Source: Candidatus Moraniibacteriota bacterium (GTDB taxonomy: Bacteria > Patescibacteriota > Minisyncoccia > Moranbacterales > GCA-2747515). Taken from it: DNA of 64,000 nt. This document shows, piece by piece, positions 46,971 to 56,991 of the stretch. Within the stretch, counting starts at the first letter, position 1; every line of letters starts with the position of its first letter. The stretch covers positions 7,234 through 71,233 of the forward strand of contig JAXGYI010000003.1 of assembly GCA_040772365.1 (NCBI GenBank). The letters are read 5' to 3'. The position numbers and the translations under genes were made by a program. Below the pieces are notes generated by a model that was not told the origin of the DNA, did not search any database, and was given only the letters and a program-made list of their open reading frames with translations.

Positions 46971-47891
46971 TTAGTCAATCCATTTTGCGACTTTGAAAAT
47001 GAGATAGGTGAGGGCGGCGATGGAGAGCATGATGGCGATATGGATGAGGAAGGCAAAGGGGTGATCGCGCAGAGGCATACGTTCAGCATTGATACCAAAG
47101 AAGTTGATGTAGACGGACACGGGGATGAGGAGTGTGGAAAAAATGGTGATGATGCGGGTGTTGCGATTGATGCGTTCTGAGAGAAGGGAGTTATTAGTAG
47201 CTTCCAATGAGGTAATAGTTTCCTTGGCGCTTTCCAGATCGTTCCACAAACGAATATTGGTGCCGACGAGGTCTTGGTAGTAAATTTTGATATTGTCAGG
47301 CACAACGCCGTTAGGCTGGGCGATGATGGACTCTATGATAGAACGCTGTGGCATGAGTGTACGGCGGAAGTTGAGAATGTCGCGCTTAATAATGCTGATC
47401 TCGCGAACCATTTGGCGTTCCGATCCGTTAAAGATACCCTCCTGTACGTCATCAATGTGACGCACGATGTGGTCTAGTCGTGGAAAGCACGATTCCGTCA
47501 GAATGCGAAAAACCTCATAGAGCAAATGTGCGGTGGAATGAATCATGTACGTACGGCGCTTGCCCTCAGATTGCTGTAGTGTGTCAAAAAAAGCGCGGAG
47601 TTGGTAGATGTCATGCGTGTGTCCTGTGATGAGATGGGTTTTCGTGAGTAGAATATCTATCTCACCGGCATAGGTAGTGCGTTTTTTAACATTGAACAGG
47701 GGAATATGAATGGTAAGAAAAAGACAGTTGCTATATTTTGTAGCACGTGCACGGTAGGTTGGCGTAACAAACTCTTCAACGGCAAGTGGGTGCACATTGA
47801 AGTGTTCGCGAATGTATTGAATGTTATGTTTTGTGGGATTTTCAATGTCAATCCACGTAAGACCTTCGTGGGTGACAATTTTCATGGACAT
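46971..47891 (-). CDS. corA: CorA family divalent cation transporter
   Basis: WIDIENPT, HPL, two C-terminal TM helices with FGIN in place of the usual GMN signature. Confidence 0.9.
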   Translation of the reverse strand: MSMKIVTHEGLTWIDIENPTKHNIQYIREHFNVHPLAVEEFVTPTYRARATKYSNCLFLTIHIPLFNVKKRTTYAGEIDILLTKTHLITGHTHDIYQLRAFFDTLQQSEGKRRTYMIHSTAHLLYEVFRILTESCFPRLDHIVRHIDDVQEGIFNGSERQMVREISIIKRDILNFRRTLMPQRSIIESIIAQPNGVVPDNIKIYYQDLVGTNIRLWNDLESAKETITSLEATNNSLLSERINRNTRIITIFSTLLIPVSVYINFFGINAERMPLRDHPFAFLIHIAIMLSIAALTYLIFKVAKWID

Positions 47892-48095
47892 ATCAGTTTT
47901 TCTATGTGTTTGATTGTAGTATACCATTTTTTTTGCGACAGACAATATGGCAGTAGTGTTACGTGAGGCCCAGAAATGAATTTGATGCGATAGGGATTCT
48001 TGAGATTGTCATTTTTTACCATGCTAAACTTTATGTAATCATCTCTATTTCCAGAATTCCAAAGCACGTCTGGCATGACATGTGTGCCTCGCTTC

Positions 48096-48124
48096 TTGAC
48101 AGAGTTCGCGTTATGGCGTATGAT
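48096..48124 (+). promoter_or_regulatory. Sigma70 promoter of yidD
   Basis: TTGACA, 17 bp spacer, TATGAT. Confidence 0.65.
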
Positions 48125-48147
48125 TTTCAATCATATCATTGAGACAT

Positions 48148-48396
48148 ATGCTCAAGGTCGTTATTTTACAACTGATACGACTTTATCAAAAAACACTGTC
48201 GCTAGACCACGGTCCGCTGTCCGCTATCTATGGCGAACGCTTGTGTCGGTTTCACCCGACGTGCTCACAGTACACCTATGAGGCGATTGCGCGTTTTGGC
48301 GTGATACGCGGCGGGTGGTTGGGAGTGAAGCGTGTGGCGCGTTGCCATCCGTGGCACTCTGGAGGAGACGATCCTGTGCCGGAAAGGCGGGGATGA
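48148..48396 (+). CDS. yidD: Membrane protein insertion efficiency factor
   Basis: [28 protein letters not shown]. Confidence 0.94.
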   Translation: MLKVVILQLIRLYQKTLSLDHGPLSAIYGERLCRFHPTCSQYTYEAIARFGVIRGGWLGVKRVARCHPWHSGGDDPVPERRG

Positions 48397-48502
48397 GCAC
48401 TTGTAATGAGGGCGAGGAATGTGTGTCATGTCATGACATACATGGACCGCTCTCATTGTTTGCGTGAGAGCTTTAAAAAATATGAAAAGAGAGGGGTAAA
48501 AA

Positions 48503-48883
48503 ATGTCTGTAGAAACAATGTTGTCCTTAAATGACTTAACGAAATTAGTTGCAAAGCGTGAGCGGGGGCACGTTGTGCGCATCTCCAAAAAAAAAGCAAC
48601 ACACCTTATAATTACAGACATACCTCGAGATGTTTTTGCACAAATGCAAAAACAGCGAGGCGTCGTGTATACATGTAAGGTAGAAGATGATAGTAAATTC
48701 TATGTTTCTATTCCAGTCTCGGCGCCGTGTAGTATTGTTTTTCCAATGAGTCATAATAATGAAAACGGCTACACGCACGATTTTCGACTATGCATTGAAA
48801 GGGATGCCGGAAAGATCGTGGCAACGGTATCACGTTACAGATATTATGCGCCGCGCCCAGAAGGGCCGCAAGCATCCGCATAG
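48503..48883 (+). CDS. Hypothetical protein
   Basis: 126-aa ORF with a GAGGGG RBS-like sequence; no recognised motif. Confidence 0.55.
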   Translation: MSVETMLSLNDLTKLVAKRERGHVVRISKKKATHLIITDIPRDVFAQMQKQRGVVYTCKVEDDSKFYVSIPVSAPCSIVFPMSHNNENGYTHDFRLCIERDAGKIVATVSRYRYYAPRPEGPQASA

Positions 48884-48964
48884 TGAGTTAGACATAACCG
48901 ACAAGGACAAGCGCGTCCCCGTCGGTTTTCTTTTTCTTCTATAGCCATAATTTTCTCCTATGCG

Positions 48965-49363
48965 CTAAAACCACAATTTATGAATAACACCCTCAATTAC
49001 AATGTCTTCAGGCGGAAAACATGGCAACGTGTCCCAGTTAAAGATCTCTTTGTTGTCGCCAATGATATGCATACAGCCATCCGGGTCAATGGATGTAAGG
49101 CGGTGACCAATTCTATCAGATTCATACATCTCAAAGCATTTCGTGTTCTCGTGTGCACAGTGAAAGACAATAATATCGCCAATTTTGGGCGTTGCCTTTC
49201 GATCAAGAACATCCCAGTCTCCCGGTTTGAGTGTTGGCTCCATAGAGTTTGTTTCTACTTTTCCAAACTCCAAATCTCTCGTATCAATCACATATCCCAA
49301 TGCAAGAAACAGCATGGCAAGCACGCTTAGAATAATTCCGGAAGCAATCAATATTTTTTTCAT
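48965..49363 (-). CDS. S26/S24-family signal-peptidase-like protein (Ser-His type)
   Basis: N-terminal TM helix, NSMEPTLKPGD, GDIIVF, IGHRL, GDN. Confidence 0.75.
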   Translation of the reverse strand: MKKILIASGIILSVLAMLFLALGYVIDTRDLEFGKVETNSMEPTLKPGDWDVLDRKATPKIGDIIVFHCAHENTKCFEMYESDRIGHRLTSIDPDGCMHIIGDNKEIFNWDTLPCFPPEDIVIEGVIHKLWF

Positions 49364-49417
49364 AACCATAATTTAACACTAATCAACTAAAAAAAACTAC
49401 AAAGAAAATGAGTTCGT

Positions 49418-49963
49418 TTGGAAGGCATGACGCCGGAGTACGTCGCGGATGTTGCGTACAGCGCACTACATAATACCAAAAGTCGTATTTTGCCATCACA
49501 ATATAATCATATACAGCGCATTGCAAAGACGGGGGATCCGTTATCCGCACAATCTTTTATTGGTAATCATGGTGGTTCAGTATCGGCAAAAAGTGTCTAT
49601 CCTACTGCAACAGCAAGAATAACAAAAAGCACCACGGATGGACCCGCAGCTCCATCATCGAATTTCTCTGCACAGGGTGTAGATACTCTTCGGCAGTCTG
49701 CAGGATTTTCTGACCTTCGTGGTGCTTCTGGTACTGTTAAGGATAGCATACAATACCCAAAAAAACAAGCTGTGTCGCAACAAAACCAATCCCTCCGCGC
49801 GCACTTGGCGAAGCGACAGCAACAGGCACAGGAGGCTACTGAGGCGCTGCGAGTAAAGTCCGTACGCACTGCACCACAAGAAATCACTGACTTATTGCGA
49901 ACGGAAAAGAGCACCGGCGTACTGCATGACATTGTCACGAGATTCGTGCCATGCTGCAGTTGA
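49418..49963 (+). pseudogene. Hypothetical ORF, probably a fragment of a larger foreign gene
   Basis: 181 open codons but an in-frame TGA 9 nt before the TTG start; no recognised family. Confidence 0.35.
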
Positions 49964-50046
49964 CGGGTTGTGTGATTCCGAACGTTGACAATTTACTGAT
50001 CAGTATGCACGATTTTGTAAACAAGATCTATTTTTTTACCCTACAA

Positions 50047-50085
50047 TTAGCACTCTCTTGACAGGAGTGCTAACACTGTTATACT
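50047..50085 (+). promoter_or_regulatory. CIRCE operator overlapping the hrcA promoter
   Basis: Perfect TTAGCACTC-N9-GAGTGCTAA (50047-50073); TTGACA inside the spacer (50058-50063); TGtTATACT at 50077-50085. Confidence 0.96.
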
Positions 50086-50115
50086 AAATACAGTATACGG
50101 TCATTTCCATAAGCT

Positions 50116-50856
50116 ATGCATGAACGACGAAAGAAAATTTTAGTAGCAGTGATCGAAGAATACACCAAAACAGGATTACCGGTTGGGTCATCGGTATTGG
50201 CGGAGAAATATGGTTTTACGGTCTCCAGTGCGACACTGCGCAATGATATGGCGGCGCTGGAAGAATCCGGGTTACTCTACCAACCACACACAAGTGCGGG
50301 ACGTATGCCGACAGATGCAGGATACCGCTACTTTGTAGAAGAGGTGATGCCGGATAGAGAGTTGTCCAAAAAGGAGCAGCAGGCACTGCAAAGGGAGTTG
50401 CTGCAACTCAAGGTGCAGAATACACGACTCACGCGCACAACGGCGCGACTGCTATCAACACTGAGTGGCTATGTGGCGGTAAGTGTTTTGCCAAACAAAG
50501 AGGAGTTTTCTGAGTTTGGATTGCGGTCGCTTTTGGAAAAAGTGGATCGGGATAATTTGGATGACATTTGCGCATTGGCAGAAAGCTTGGACTACATTGA
50601 TGAGCGGTGTGATGAGTTGATGCAACTGGTTGCCGATGGTGAGACAAAAATTTTAATCGGCGAAGATAATCCGTTTGCTAAGACAAAAAACTACTCTATG
50701 ATTGTCAGTCAGTTTGATCAGGGCGGAGAGAAGGGTATTGTGGCGTTGATTGGTCCAAAAAATATGAAATACGAGCGTACGAAGTCCCTCATTGAGTATG
50801 TGAAGAAGATTTTGGGTGGGTCGGGTGCGGCAGTAATTATAATGCAATTACTCTAA
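50116..50856 (+). CDS. hrcA: Heat-inducible transcription repressor (short form)
   Basis: PVGS, SSATLRNDMAALE, QPHTSAGRMPT..GYRYFV, IGP.NMKY; CIRCE upstream. Confidence 0.94.
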   Translation: MHERRKKILVAVIEEYTKTGLPVGSSVLAEKYGFTVSSATLRNDMAALEESGLLYQPHTSAGRMPTDAGYRYFVEEVMPDRELSKKEQQALQRELLQLKVQNTRLTRTTARLLSTLSGYVAVSVLPNKEEFSEFGLRSLLEKVDRDNLDDICALAESLDYIDERCDELMQLVADGETKILIGEDNPFAKTKNYSMIVSQFDQGGEKGIVALIGPKNMKYERTKSLIEYVKKILGGSGAAVIIMQLL

Positions 50857-50898
50857 AAGACATCTGATGTATAAATCATTTTGTAAATATTGTGAAAC

Positions 50899-51834
50899 AT
50901 GACACAGCAAGAAAAGCAAAAGAATAGTGAAAAAGATATTATTGTACGGCGTGCATTCCGCTTGTCACAGAAAGCACTCTTTTACAATCCGCAGGCGCGC
51001 ACGTATCTCATTTTGCGCGTTGGGCCAACAAAGAGTGGTTCACCTGCACATACGCGGTGGATGGAGAAATATGGTCCGATGGATTTGCCGGGTGGGCACA
51101 TGGATGAAGGCGAAACAGATTTGTATGCGGCGTTTGTACGCGAAGTACAAGAGGAGACAGGTGTTGATGTTTCTAGATACACGGCGGTACCATGTCACAC
51201 AGTTCTCATGATCAACGAAGGTGCACAGTATCCAAGTGGTGTGAATACGATTGCACTAGTGCAGTATGATGGTGAGATTGTCTTGAGTGAGGAGCATATG
51301 GATATGCAATGGCTGACTGCACAGGAAGTGGAAGATCACGGCGAGATCAAGGAGTGGATTAAGGAAAGTGTACGTAAGGCCCAAGAGCTGATTGCACTAC
51401 GAGAGGCAGATGATCGGTGGAGGCGGTGCGTAGCAGATTTTGATAATTATAAAAAACGTCAGGCGCAAACGCAGAAGGACCTCACCGCCTATGCTGCCGA
51501 AGGTGTCATTATGGATCTGTTGCCAGTGGTGGACAATTTTCACGCAGCGACCGATCATATTCCTGCTGACCAGGCAGATAATCCGTGGGTGACAGGCATC
51601 ATGTATATTCGTCAGCAAATGGAAAAGGTTTTTGAAGAGAAGGGCGTGACGCGGATGGAGGTAAAGAGTGGTGATGTGTTTGATCCGTCACGCATGGAGG
51701 CAGTGAAAGAAAATGAGGATGACACGATTGATGGTGATGCAGTGGTAAAGAAAGTGGTTCAGCCAGGCTATATGATGGGAGAGAGGGTTTTACGTGTGGC
51801 GCGTGTAGCAGTAGGACGGAGAGTAGAAAAGTAA
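50899..51834 (+). CDS. grpE: NUDIX hydrolase domain fused to the nucleotide exchange factor GrpE
   Basis: LPGGHMDEGE..REVQEETGV and LSEEH; then ADFDNYKKR, LLPVVDNF, FDP..MEAV, GY...ERVLRVARVAV. Confidence 0.9.
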   Translation: MTQQEKQKNSEKDIIVRRAFRLSQKALFYNPQARTYLILRVGPTKSGSPAHTRWMEKYGPMDLPGGHMDEGETDLYAAFVREVQEETGVDVSRYTAVPCHTVLMINEGAQYPSGVNTIALVQYDGEIVLSEEHMDMQWLTAQEVEDHGEIKEWIKESVRKAQELIALREADDRWRRCVADFDNYKKRQAQTQKDLTAYAAEGVIMDLLPVVDNFHAATDHIPADQADNPWVTGIMYIRQQMEKVFEEKGVTRMEVKSGDVFDPSRMEAVKENEDDTIDGDAVVKKVVQPGYMMGERVLRVARVAVGRRVEK

Positions 51835-51900
51835 GTAACGTATGTTATTAGCAATAAGACAAGGAATATGAACATAACAAAGAAAGGAGGTGAACACATT

Positions 51901-52320
51901 ATGACACGTGATATGATCCGCTTTTCGCCAGCGTCCGATATTGATCGGTTTTTCGGCGAGGCGTTTCTCCCATTCGTTGCGCAGGGCTATACACCGGCGG
52001 TGGATATGTACCAAGACAATGACAACTTGATTGTTGAGATGTCGTTGCCGGGCATTGATGCTGAGGAGGTGGATGTTGCTGTGGAGAATGATGTGTTGAC
52101 GATTAGTGGTGAAATGCAAGAGAAGAAAGAGGTGAAGCGCGAGAACTACTACCGCAAGGAAATGCGCTGCGGCGCGTTCTCACGTTCGGTGATCTTGCCG
52201 TTTGCCGTCAAGGGCGACAAGGCGAGCGCGGACTATGAGAAGGGCGTTTTGCGCATCACATTGCCCAAAGCCGAAGAGGCGAAGCAAAAGAAGATTACGG
52301 TGAATCTCAAGGGCAAATAG
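51901..52320 (+). CDS. Hsp20/alpha-crystallin small heat shock protein
   Basis: PAVDMYQ, LPGID, LTISGE, GAFSRSVILP, A.YEKGVLRITLPK; AAGGAGGTGA RBS. Confidence 0.95.
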   Translation: MTRDMIRFSPASDIDRFFGEAFLPFVAQGYTPAVDMYQDNDNLIVEMSLPGIDAEEVDVAVENDVLTISGEMQEKKEVKRENYYRKEMRCGAFSRSVILPFAVKGDKASADYEKGVLRITLPKAEEAKQKKITVNLKGK

Positions 52321-52346
52321 GGATGATGTACTATCGTCTTCTCCGA

Positions 52347-52376
52347 TCTCTCCGCACCGGGAGCGGTGCGGAGAGA
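52347..52376. other. GC-rich 13-bp hairpin between hsp20 and dnaK, without a U-tract
   Basis: tctctccgcaccg-ggag-cggtgcggagaga. Confidence 0.7.
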
Positions 52377-52450
52377 AGAGGATAAGATCATGGATACGTC
52401 ATTTGTGAATTATCCCACTCTAGTAAATGTAAATTCATTAAGAAAAAGCT

Positions 52451-54397
52451 ATGGCAAAAATTCTTGGTATCGATTTGGGTACTACAAATTCGGCAATGGC
52501 CGTTATCGAAGGCGGTAAGCCAGAGATTATTGAAAGTGCGGAAGGAAATCGCACGACGCCATCCATGGTGGCGGTGAACAAAAATGGTGAGCGCCTCGTT
52601 GGTCTTTTGGCAAAGCGCCAGGCTGTGACCAACCCTATAAATACGCTGTTTAGCATTAAGCGTTTCATTGGGCGTAATTTTGATGAGGCAGAGGTGCAGG
52701 CCGATATTAAACTGTCTCCATATACTGTCATCAAAGCGGATAATGGCAGTATTAAGGCAAAGATGGGCGATAAGGAGTATACGCCGCAAGAGGTAAGTGC
52801 CATGATTTTGGGCAAAATTAAGACAGATGCGGAGGCAAAACTTGGCGAAAAAATTGATGAAGCGGTGATTACAGTGCCGGCATATTTTGACGATGCACAG
52901 CGTAAGGCAACGAAGGAGGCTGGAGAAGTTGCAGGCCTAAAAGTGCGCCGCGTGATCAATGAGCCAACAGCAGCTGCACTAGCGTACGGATTCAATAAGA
53001 AAAACGATGAGCAGATTGCTGTTTATGATCTTGGTGGCGGAACGTTTGATGTCTCCATTTTGGAAGTGAGTAATGACACGATTGAGGTGAAGGCGACCAA
53101 TGGTAATACACATCTCGGCGGTGATGATTTTGATCAGGTGGTCATCAATTGGGTTTTGGAGGAGTTTAAAAAACAGGAAGGCATTGATCTCTCCAAGGAT
53201 AATCTGGCACTACAGCGTGTGAAAGAGGCTGCAGAAAAAGCAAAGATTGAACTATCATCCTCTGAGCAAACAGAAATTAACCAACCGTTTATCACAACAA
53301 GTGATGATGGTCCGAAACATCTCGTCATGACGCTTTCACGTGCGAAATTGGAGGCACTTGTAGGTGACCTTGTACGCAAAACACTAGAACCAACAGAACA
53401 GGCGCTGAAAGATGCTGGATTTAGCAAGGAAGATATTGATGAAGTGATTTTGGTAGGTGGTATGACGCGTATGCCAATTATCCAAAAGACAGTAGAAGAG
53501 TTCTTTGGCAGAAAACCAAATATGACGGTGAATCCCGATGAAGTTGTTGCGATGGGTGCAGCAATTCAAGGCGGGGTCTTTCAGGGTGATGTCAAAGACG
53601 TGCTTCTGTTGGATGTGACGCCATTAACACTTGGCATTGAAACGATGGGTGGTGTACGTACACCGCTGATCGAGAAAAACACTACTATTCCAGCAAGTAA
53701 GTCACAGATTTTCTCTACGGCGGCAGACAATCAGCCGAGTGTAGAGATTCATGTCTTGCAGGGTGAGCGCGAAATGGCTGCAGATAATAAAACACTTGGG
53801 CGATTTATCTTAGATGGCATTCCACCAGCGCCGCGCGGTGTTCCACAGGTAGAAGTGACATTTGACATTGATGCGAATGGTATCTTAAACGTCAAGGCTG
53901 TGGACAAGGCATCTGGCAAGGAGCAGTCCATTCGCATTGAGGGGTCGTCCGGTCTCACGCAAGAGGAGATTGATCGGATGAAGAAAGACGCAGAAACGCA
54001 TGCAGAGGAAGACAAGAAAAAGAAAGAGCGTGTAGAGCTACGCAATGCAGCCGATACATTGGTCTTTACGACGGAAAAAGCAATGAAAGATGCCGGCGAT
54101 AAAATTACGGAAGAGGAGAAGAAACCAGTACAGGAAAAAGTGGATGCGCTCAAAGAGGTTTTGAAGGATCAGGATGCTGATGGTGAGAAGATTAAGCAGG
54201 CAACAGAAGAACTCTCTGCCGCAGCTCAAAAGATTGGTGAGAAGCTCTATAAAGCTGCGCAGGAAGCTGCTGCAAAGGAGCAGGCTGCAACGGCGGGTGA
54301 CGACGCACCGAAGGGCGATGCGGAAACAGCGTCCGCTGATAGTGGTCCCAAGGATGCTGAAGTGGAAGATGCACCAAAAGAGGATGAAAAGAAATAA
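52451..54397 (+). CDS. dnaK: Chaperone DnaK
   Basis: [44 protein letters not shown]. Confidence 0.99.
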   Translation: MAKILGIDLGTTNSAMAVIEGGKPEIIESAEGNRTTPSMVAVNKNGERLVGLLAKRQAVTNPINTLFSIKRFIGRNFDEAEVQADIKLSPYTVIKADNGSIKAKMGDKEYTPQEVSAMILGKIKTDAEAKLGEKIDEAVITVPAYFDDAQRKATKEAGEVAGLKVRRVINEPTAAALAYGFNKKNDEQIAVYDLGGGTFDVSILEVSNDTIEVKATNGNTHLGGDDFDQVVINWVLEEFKKQEGIDLSKDNLALQRVKEAAEKAKIELSSSEQTEINQPFITTSDDGPKHLVMTLSRAKLEALVGDLVRKTLEPTEQALKDAGFSKEDIDEVILVGGMTRMPIIQKTVEEFFGRKPNMTVNPDEVVAMGAAIQGGVFQGDVKDVLLLDVTPLTLGIETMGGVRTPLIEKNTTIPASKSQIFSTAADNQPSVEIHVLQGEREMAADNKTLGRFILDGIPPAPRGVPQVEVTFDIDANGILNVKAVDKASGKEQSIRIEGSSGLTQEEIDRMKKDAETHAEEDKKKKERVELRNAADTLVFTTEKAMKDAGDKITEEEKKPVQEKVDALKEVLKDQDADGEKIKQATEELSAAAQKIGEKLYKAAQEAAAKEQAATAGDDAPKGDAETASADSGPKDAEVEDAPKEDEKK

Positions 54398-54420
54398 CAT
54401 AGCATAGAAATGTTATGCAG

Positions 54421-54453
54421 CACTCAAGCCCCGTACGGGGCTTGAGTGTTTTG
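54421..54453 (+). terminator. Intrinsic terminator after dnaK
   Basis: cactcaagcccc/ggggcttgagtg stem followed by TTTT. Confidence 0.85.
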
Positions 54454-54593
54454 TGTATTGTCGGTAAGTAGCAGGTGTTCACTTTTTGAGATTTGTGTAG
54501 GACGTGCTATAATGAACGCGTTGGATTGTAATTTATAATGACCTACGTAGACACTGCGATGCGTGCAGTGTGTTCGTGAGGAAAAAGAAAACA

Positions 54594-55124
54594 ATGAAAA
54601 AGAAACAATGGCTCATGGTCGTGCCGGTCACTCTTGTGGCAGTAATGGTCCTTGGCGGATGTGTAGCAAAAAAGAATACTGCTACTGATCCGGTGAATAC
54701 TCCTGTCGTCAATGATACCGAGACAGCAGAAGAAATGGATACCGTACAGGTGCAGGAGATGCATACCACAAAAGACACAGTGGATTGGGCAGGTACGTAT
54801 AAAGGAGTACTGCCTTGTGCATCATGTGAAGGTATTGATACGGAGATCACGTTGAATGCGGATGGCACTTATAGTGAAAAGACAACCTATATTACCACGA
54901 AACCTGGTGGTGGAGAAGTTGATACTGAGACAGGTACGTTCGTGTGGGATGCCACAGGAACCACGGTGATACTGACAGAACATGATGATGGCGATGTCGA
55001 TAGTGATAATGATGATGGTAAGAGGGCATACCTTGTCACAGAGGGTCAGATGCAGGCACTAGATGCAGCAGGACAAGTCATCACTGGACCGCTTGCAGAA
55101 AATTATATTCTCAAGAAGCAGTAG
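54594..55124 (+). CDS. NlpE N-terminal domain lipoprotein
   Basis: Lipobox LGGC; DWAGTYKGVLPCASCEGIDTEITLNADGTY. Confidence 0.88.
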   Translation: MKKKQWLMVVPVTLVAVMVLGGCVAKKNTATDPVNTPVVNDTETAEEMDTVQVQEMHTTKDTVDWAGTYKGVLPCASCEGIDTEITLNADGTYSEKTTYITTKPGGGEVDTETGTFVWDATGTTVILTEHDDGDVDSDNDDGKRAYLVTEGQMQALDAAGQVITGPLAENYILKKQ

Positions 55125-55146
55125 TGATCTCATGCAGCTGTGCACA

Positions 55147-55189
55147 CACAAAGCCCAAGCCGAGTCATGTGCCCGGTCTGGGCTTTGTG
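55147..55189. terminator. Hairpin after the NlpE-like gene
   Basis: cacaaagccca/tgggctttgtg 11-bp inverted repeat. Confidence 0.5.
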
Positions 55190-55321
55190 CTGTAGAGCTG
55201 GATGAAAAACATATAATAATTGGAATGCGTAGTCGGAAAAATTGAAGAGGTTGCGCAAGAGCGTGAGAGGTAGACGGCTATAGGTATACTCTGCTATAAT
55301 GGCAATAAAGGCAAGAGATCT

Positions 55322-56647
55322 ATGAGCGTGCAAAAAGCTACAACAATTGCAATCTTGAAAGACTTGATACGCATCAATTCTATTAATCCCTTTCATATCG
55401 TTAAAGAGGATCCGGAGGATTCCTCCACGTGGCGACTGAAAGGCAATGAGCAAGATATTCGTGTGTATTTAGAGGCCCTACTGCAAAAAAATGGGTTTAA
55501 GGTATCTCGTCAATTAGCGCATGTTGATGCAAGTGGACAGAAACACTACAATATCTTAGCAGAAAAAGGTGCGGGTGATAGAGCGATTCTTTTTTATGGA
55601 CACATGGATACGGCGAATGCTGTGCCGTGGGAGTCTGTGGAGGAGGCGTTAACACCGAGAGAGGCGAAAAGAAATATTGATGGTGAAGAGAAGGATATTA
55701 TCATTGGTCTTGGCGCGAATGATATGAAGGCAGGTCTTGCCGTCATCGCAAATGCTTTTGGTGCGATAGAGCCACAGGATTATAAAATTAAAATAGCATT
55801 CGGTGTTGATGAGGAATTTTATTCTTTGGGATCACATGCCCTGATTAAGAGCGATTTTTTGGCGGATGTGAGCGCCATCATTGTTCCGGAAATTGGTGAT
55901 GGTCCCAACCCCACATATGGACCACGTACTATTGGTCTCGGGCGTCTCGGGCGGTGTGAGTACTGCATTACAGTTTTCGGAACGGGTGGACACGGCGCGC
56001 AATCAGATCATCCGCTGTTTATTAGTGCAGCCGATGAGTGTGCAAAAATTGTCTTAAAGATTGCAGAGCGAAAGAAGACTCATGTGGATCAGTACACCTT
56101 TGTTGAGGATAACACCCCTGGCAACGCAAAGATGATTTGTGGCAGCTTCTTTGTGAATAGGGTAGAGGCCGGTGGAGGATCCCTGTCCATTCCTGCCATA
56201 GGACGTGTGATTGTGGATTGGACATTTACACCGCATTTTACAATTGCACAAGGGCAGAAGTACTTGGAGGATATGATTGAAGATATGTATGCTGCGGGAG
56301 AGTTACGCAAAGTAACCATTGCGGGGACTTTTAAGAAAGTGCATGTCGCACGTGCGAAAAGACCCACTGTGCCCAGCGATGCGTATGGTATATCTGCGGA
56401 TCATCCATGGGTGCACTATGTGCAGAAGGTCATTGATAAGCAGTTTGGTTTTGCAAATTATAATTTTGGCTACTCCGTAGCAGATGAAAATGTCTTTTAT
56501 CGAGCGTATCCACATATTCCTGTCTTGGTAGTTGGGCCACGTGGCGATCATGCGCACTTGGCGGGAGAATGGGTGGACGTAGAGAGTGTTGTGCATCTTG
56601 AAAAACTTTTCCAAGAGATTGTTGCAGGGGCGTTACCCTTTTTATAA
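55322..56647 (+). CDS. M20 family metallopeptidase (ArgE/DapE-like)
   Basis: YGHMDT, GLGANDMKAG, VDEE, VPE, GGHGA, AHLAGEWV. Confidence 0.9.
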   Translation: MSVQKATTIAILKDLIRINSINPFHIVKEDPEDSSTWRLKGNEQDIRVYLEALLQKNGFKVSRQLAHVDASGQKHYNILAEKGAGDRAILFYGHMDTANAVPWESVEEALTPREAKRNIDGEEKDIIIGLGANDMKAGLAVIANAFGAIEPQDYKIKIAFGVDEEFYSLGSHALIKSDFLADVSAIIVPEIGDGPNPTYGPRTIGLGRLGRCEYCITVFGTGGHGAQSDHPLFISAADECAKIVLKIAERKKTHVDQYTFVEDNTPGNAKMICGSFFVNRVEAGGGSLSIPAIGRVIVDWTFTPHFTIAQGQKYLEDMIEDMYAAGELRKVTIAGTFKKVHVARAKRPTVPSDAYGISADHPWVHYVQKVIDKQFGFANYNFGYSVADENVFYRAYPHIPVLVVGPRGDHAHLAGEWVDVESVVHLEKLFQEIVAGALPFL

Positions 56648-56676
56648 AAAGCACGTACCCTGTTCTGTGCGCCTAT

Positions 56677-56705
56677 TTGACAAATGTGCAAAAATCGCCT
56701 ATAGT
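56677..56705 (+). promoter_or_regulatory. Sigma70 promoter of secE-nusG
   Basis: TTGACA, 17 bp spacer, TATAGT. Confidence 0.75.
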
Positions 56706-56754
56706 GGAGTGTAGAAATAAAGCCCGCGGGGGCTTTTTAAAATACAACCATTTT

Positions 56755-56937
56755 ATGGGAAAAATCATGCAATTTATCCGCGAAGCGTATGCGGAGATGA
56801 GAAAGGTGAAATGGCCAACGCGACAGCAGACCGTTCACTATACGGTTTTAGTTGTGATGATTGCTCTTGCGACAGCTGCGTACATTGGCGTTTTGGATTA
56901 TATATTTAGTAGCGTGATCAAGAGTTATTTACTGTAG
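56755..56937 (+). CDS. secE: Preprotein translocase subunit SecE
   Basis: EMRKVKWPTR plus one TM helix; upstream of nusG. Confidence 0.95.
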   Translation: MGKIMQFIREAYAEMRKVKWPTRQQTVHYTVLVVMIALATAAYIGVLDYIFSSVIKSYLL

Positions 56938-56991
56938 GTGTAGTGTGTTGGAGTAAAAATACACGTGATATGGTAATTTTTTTGTAAACGT

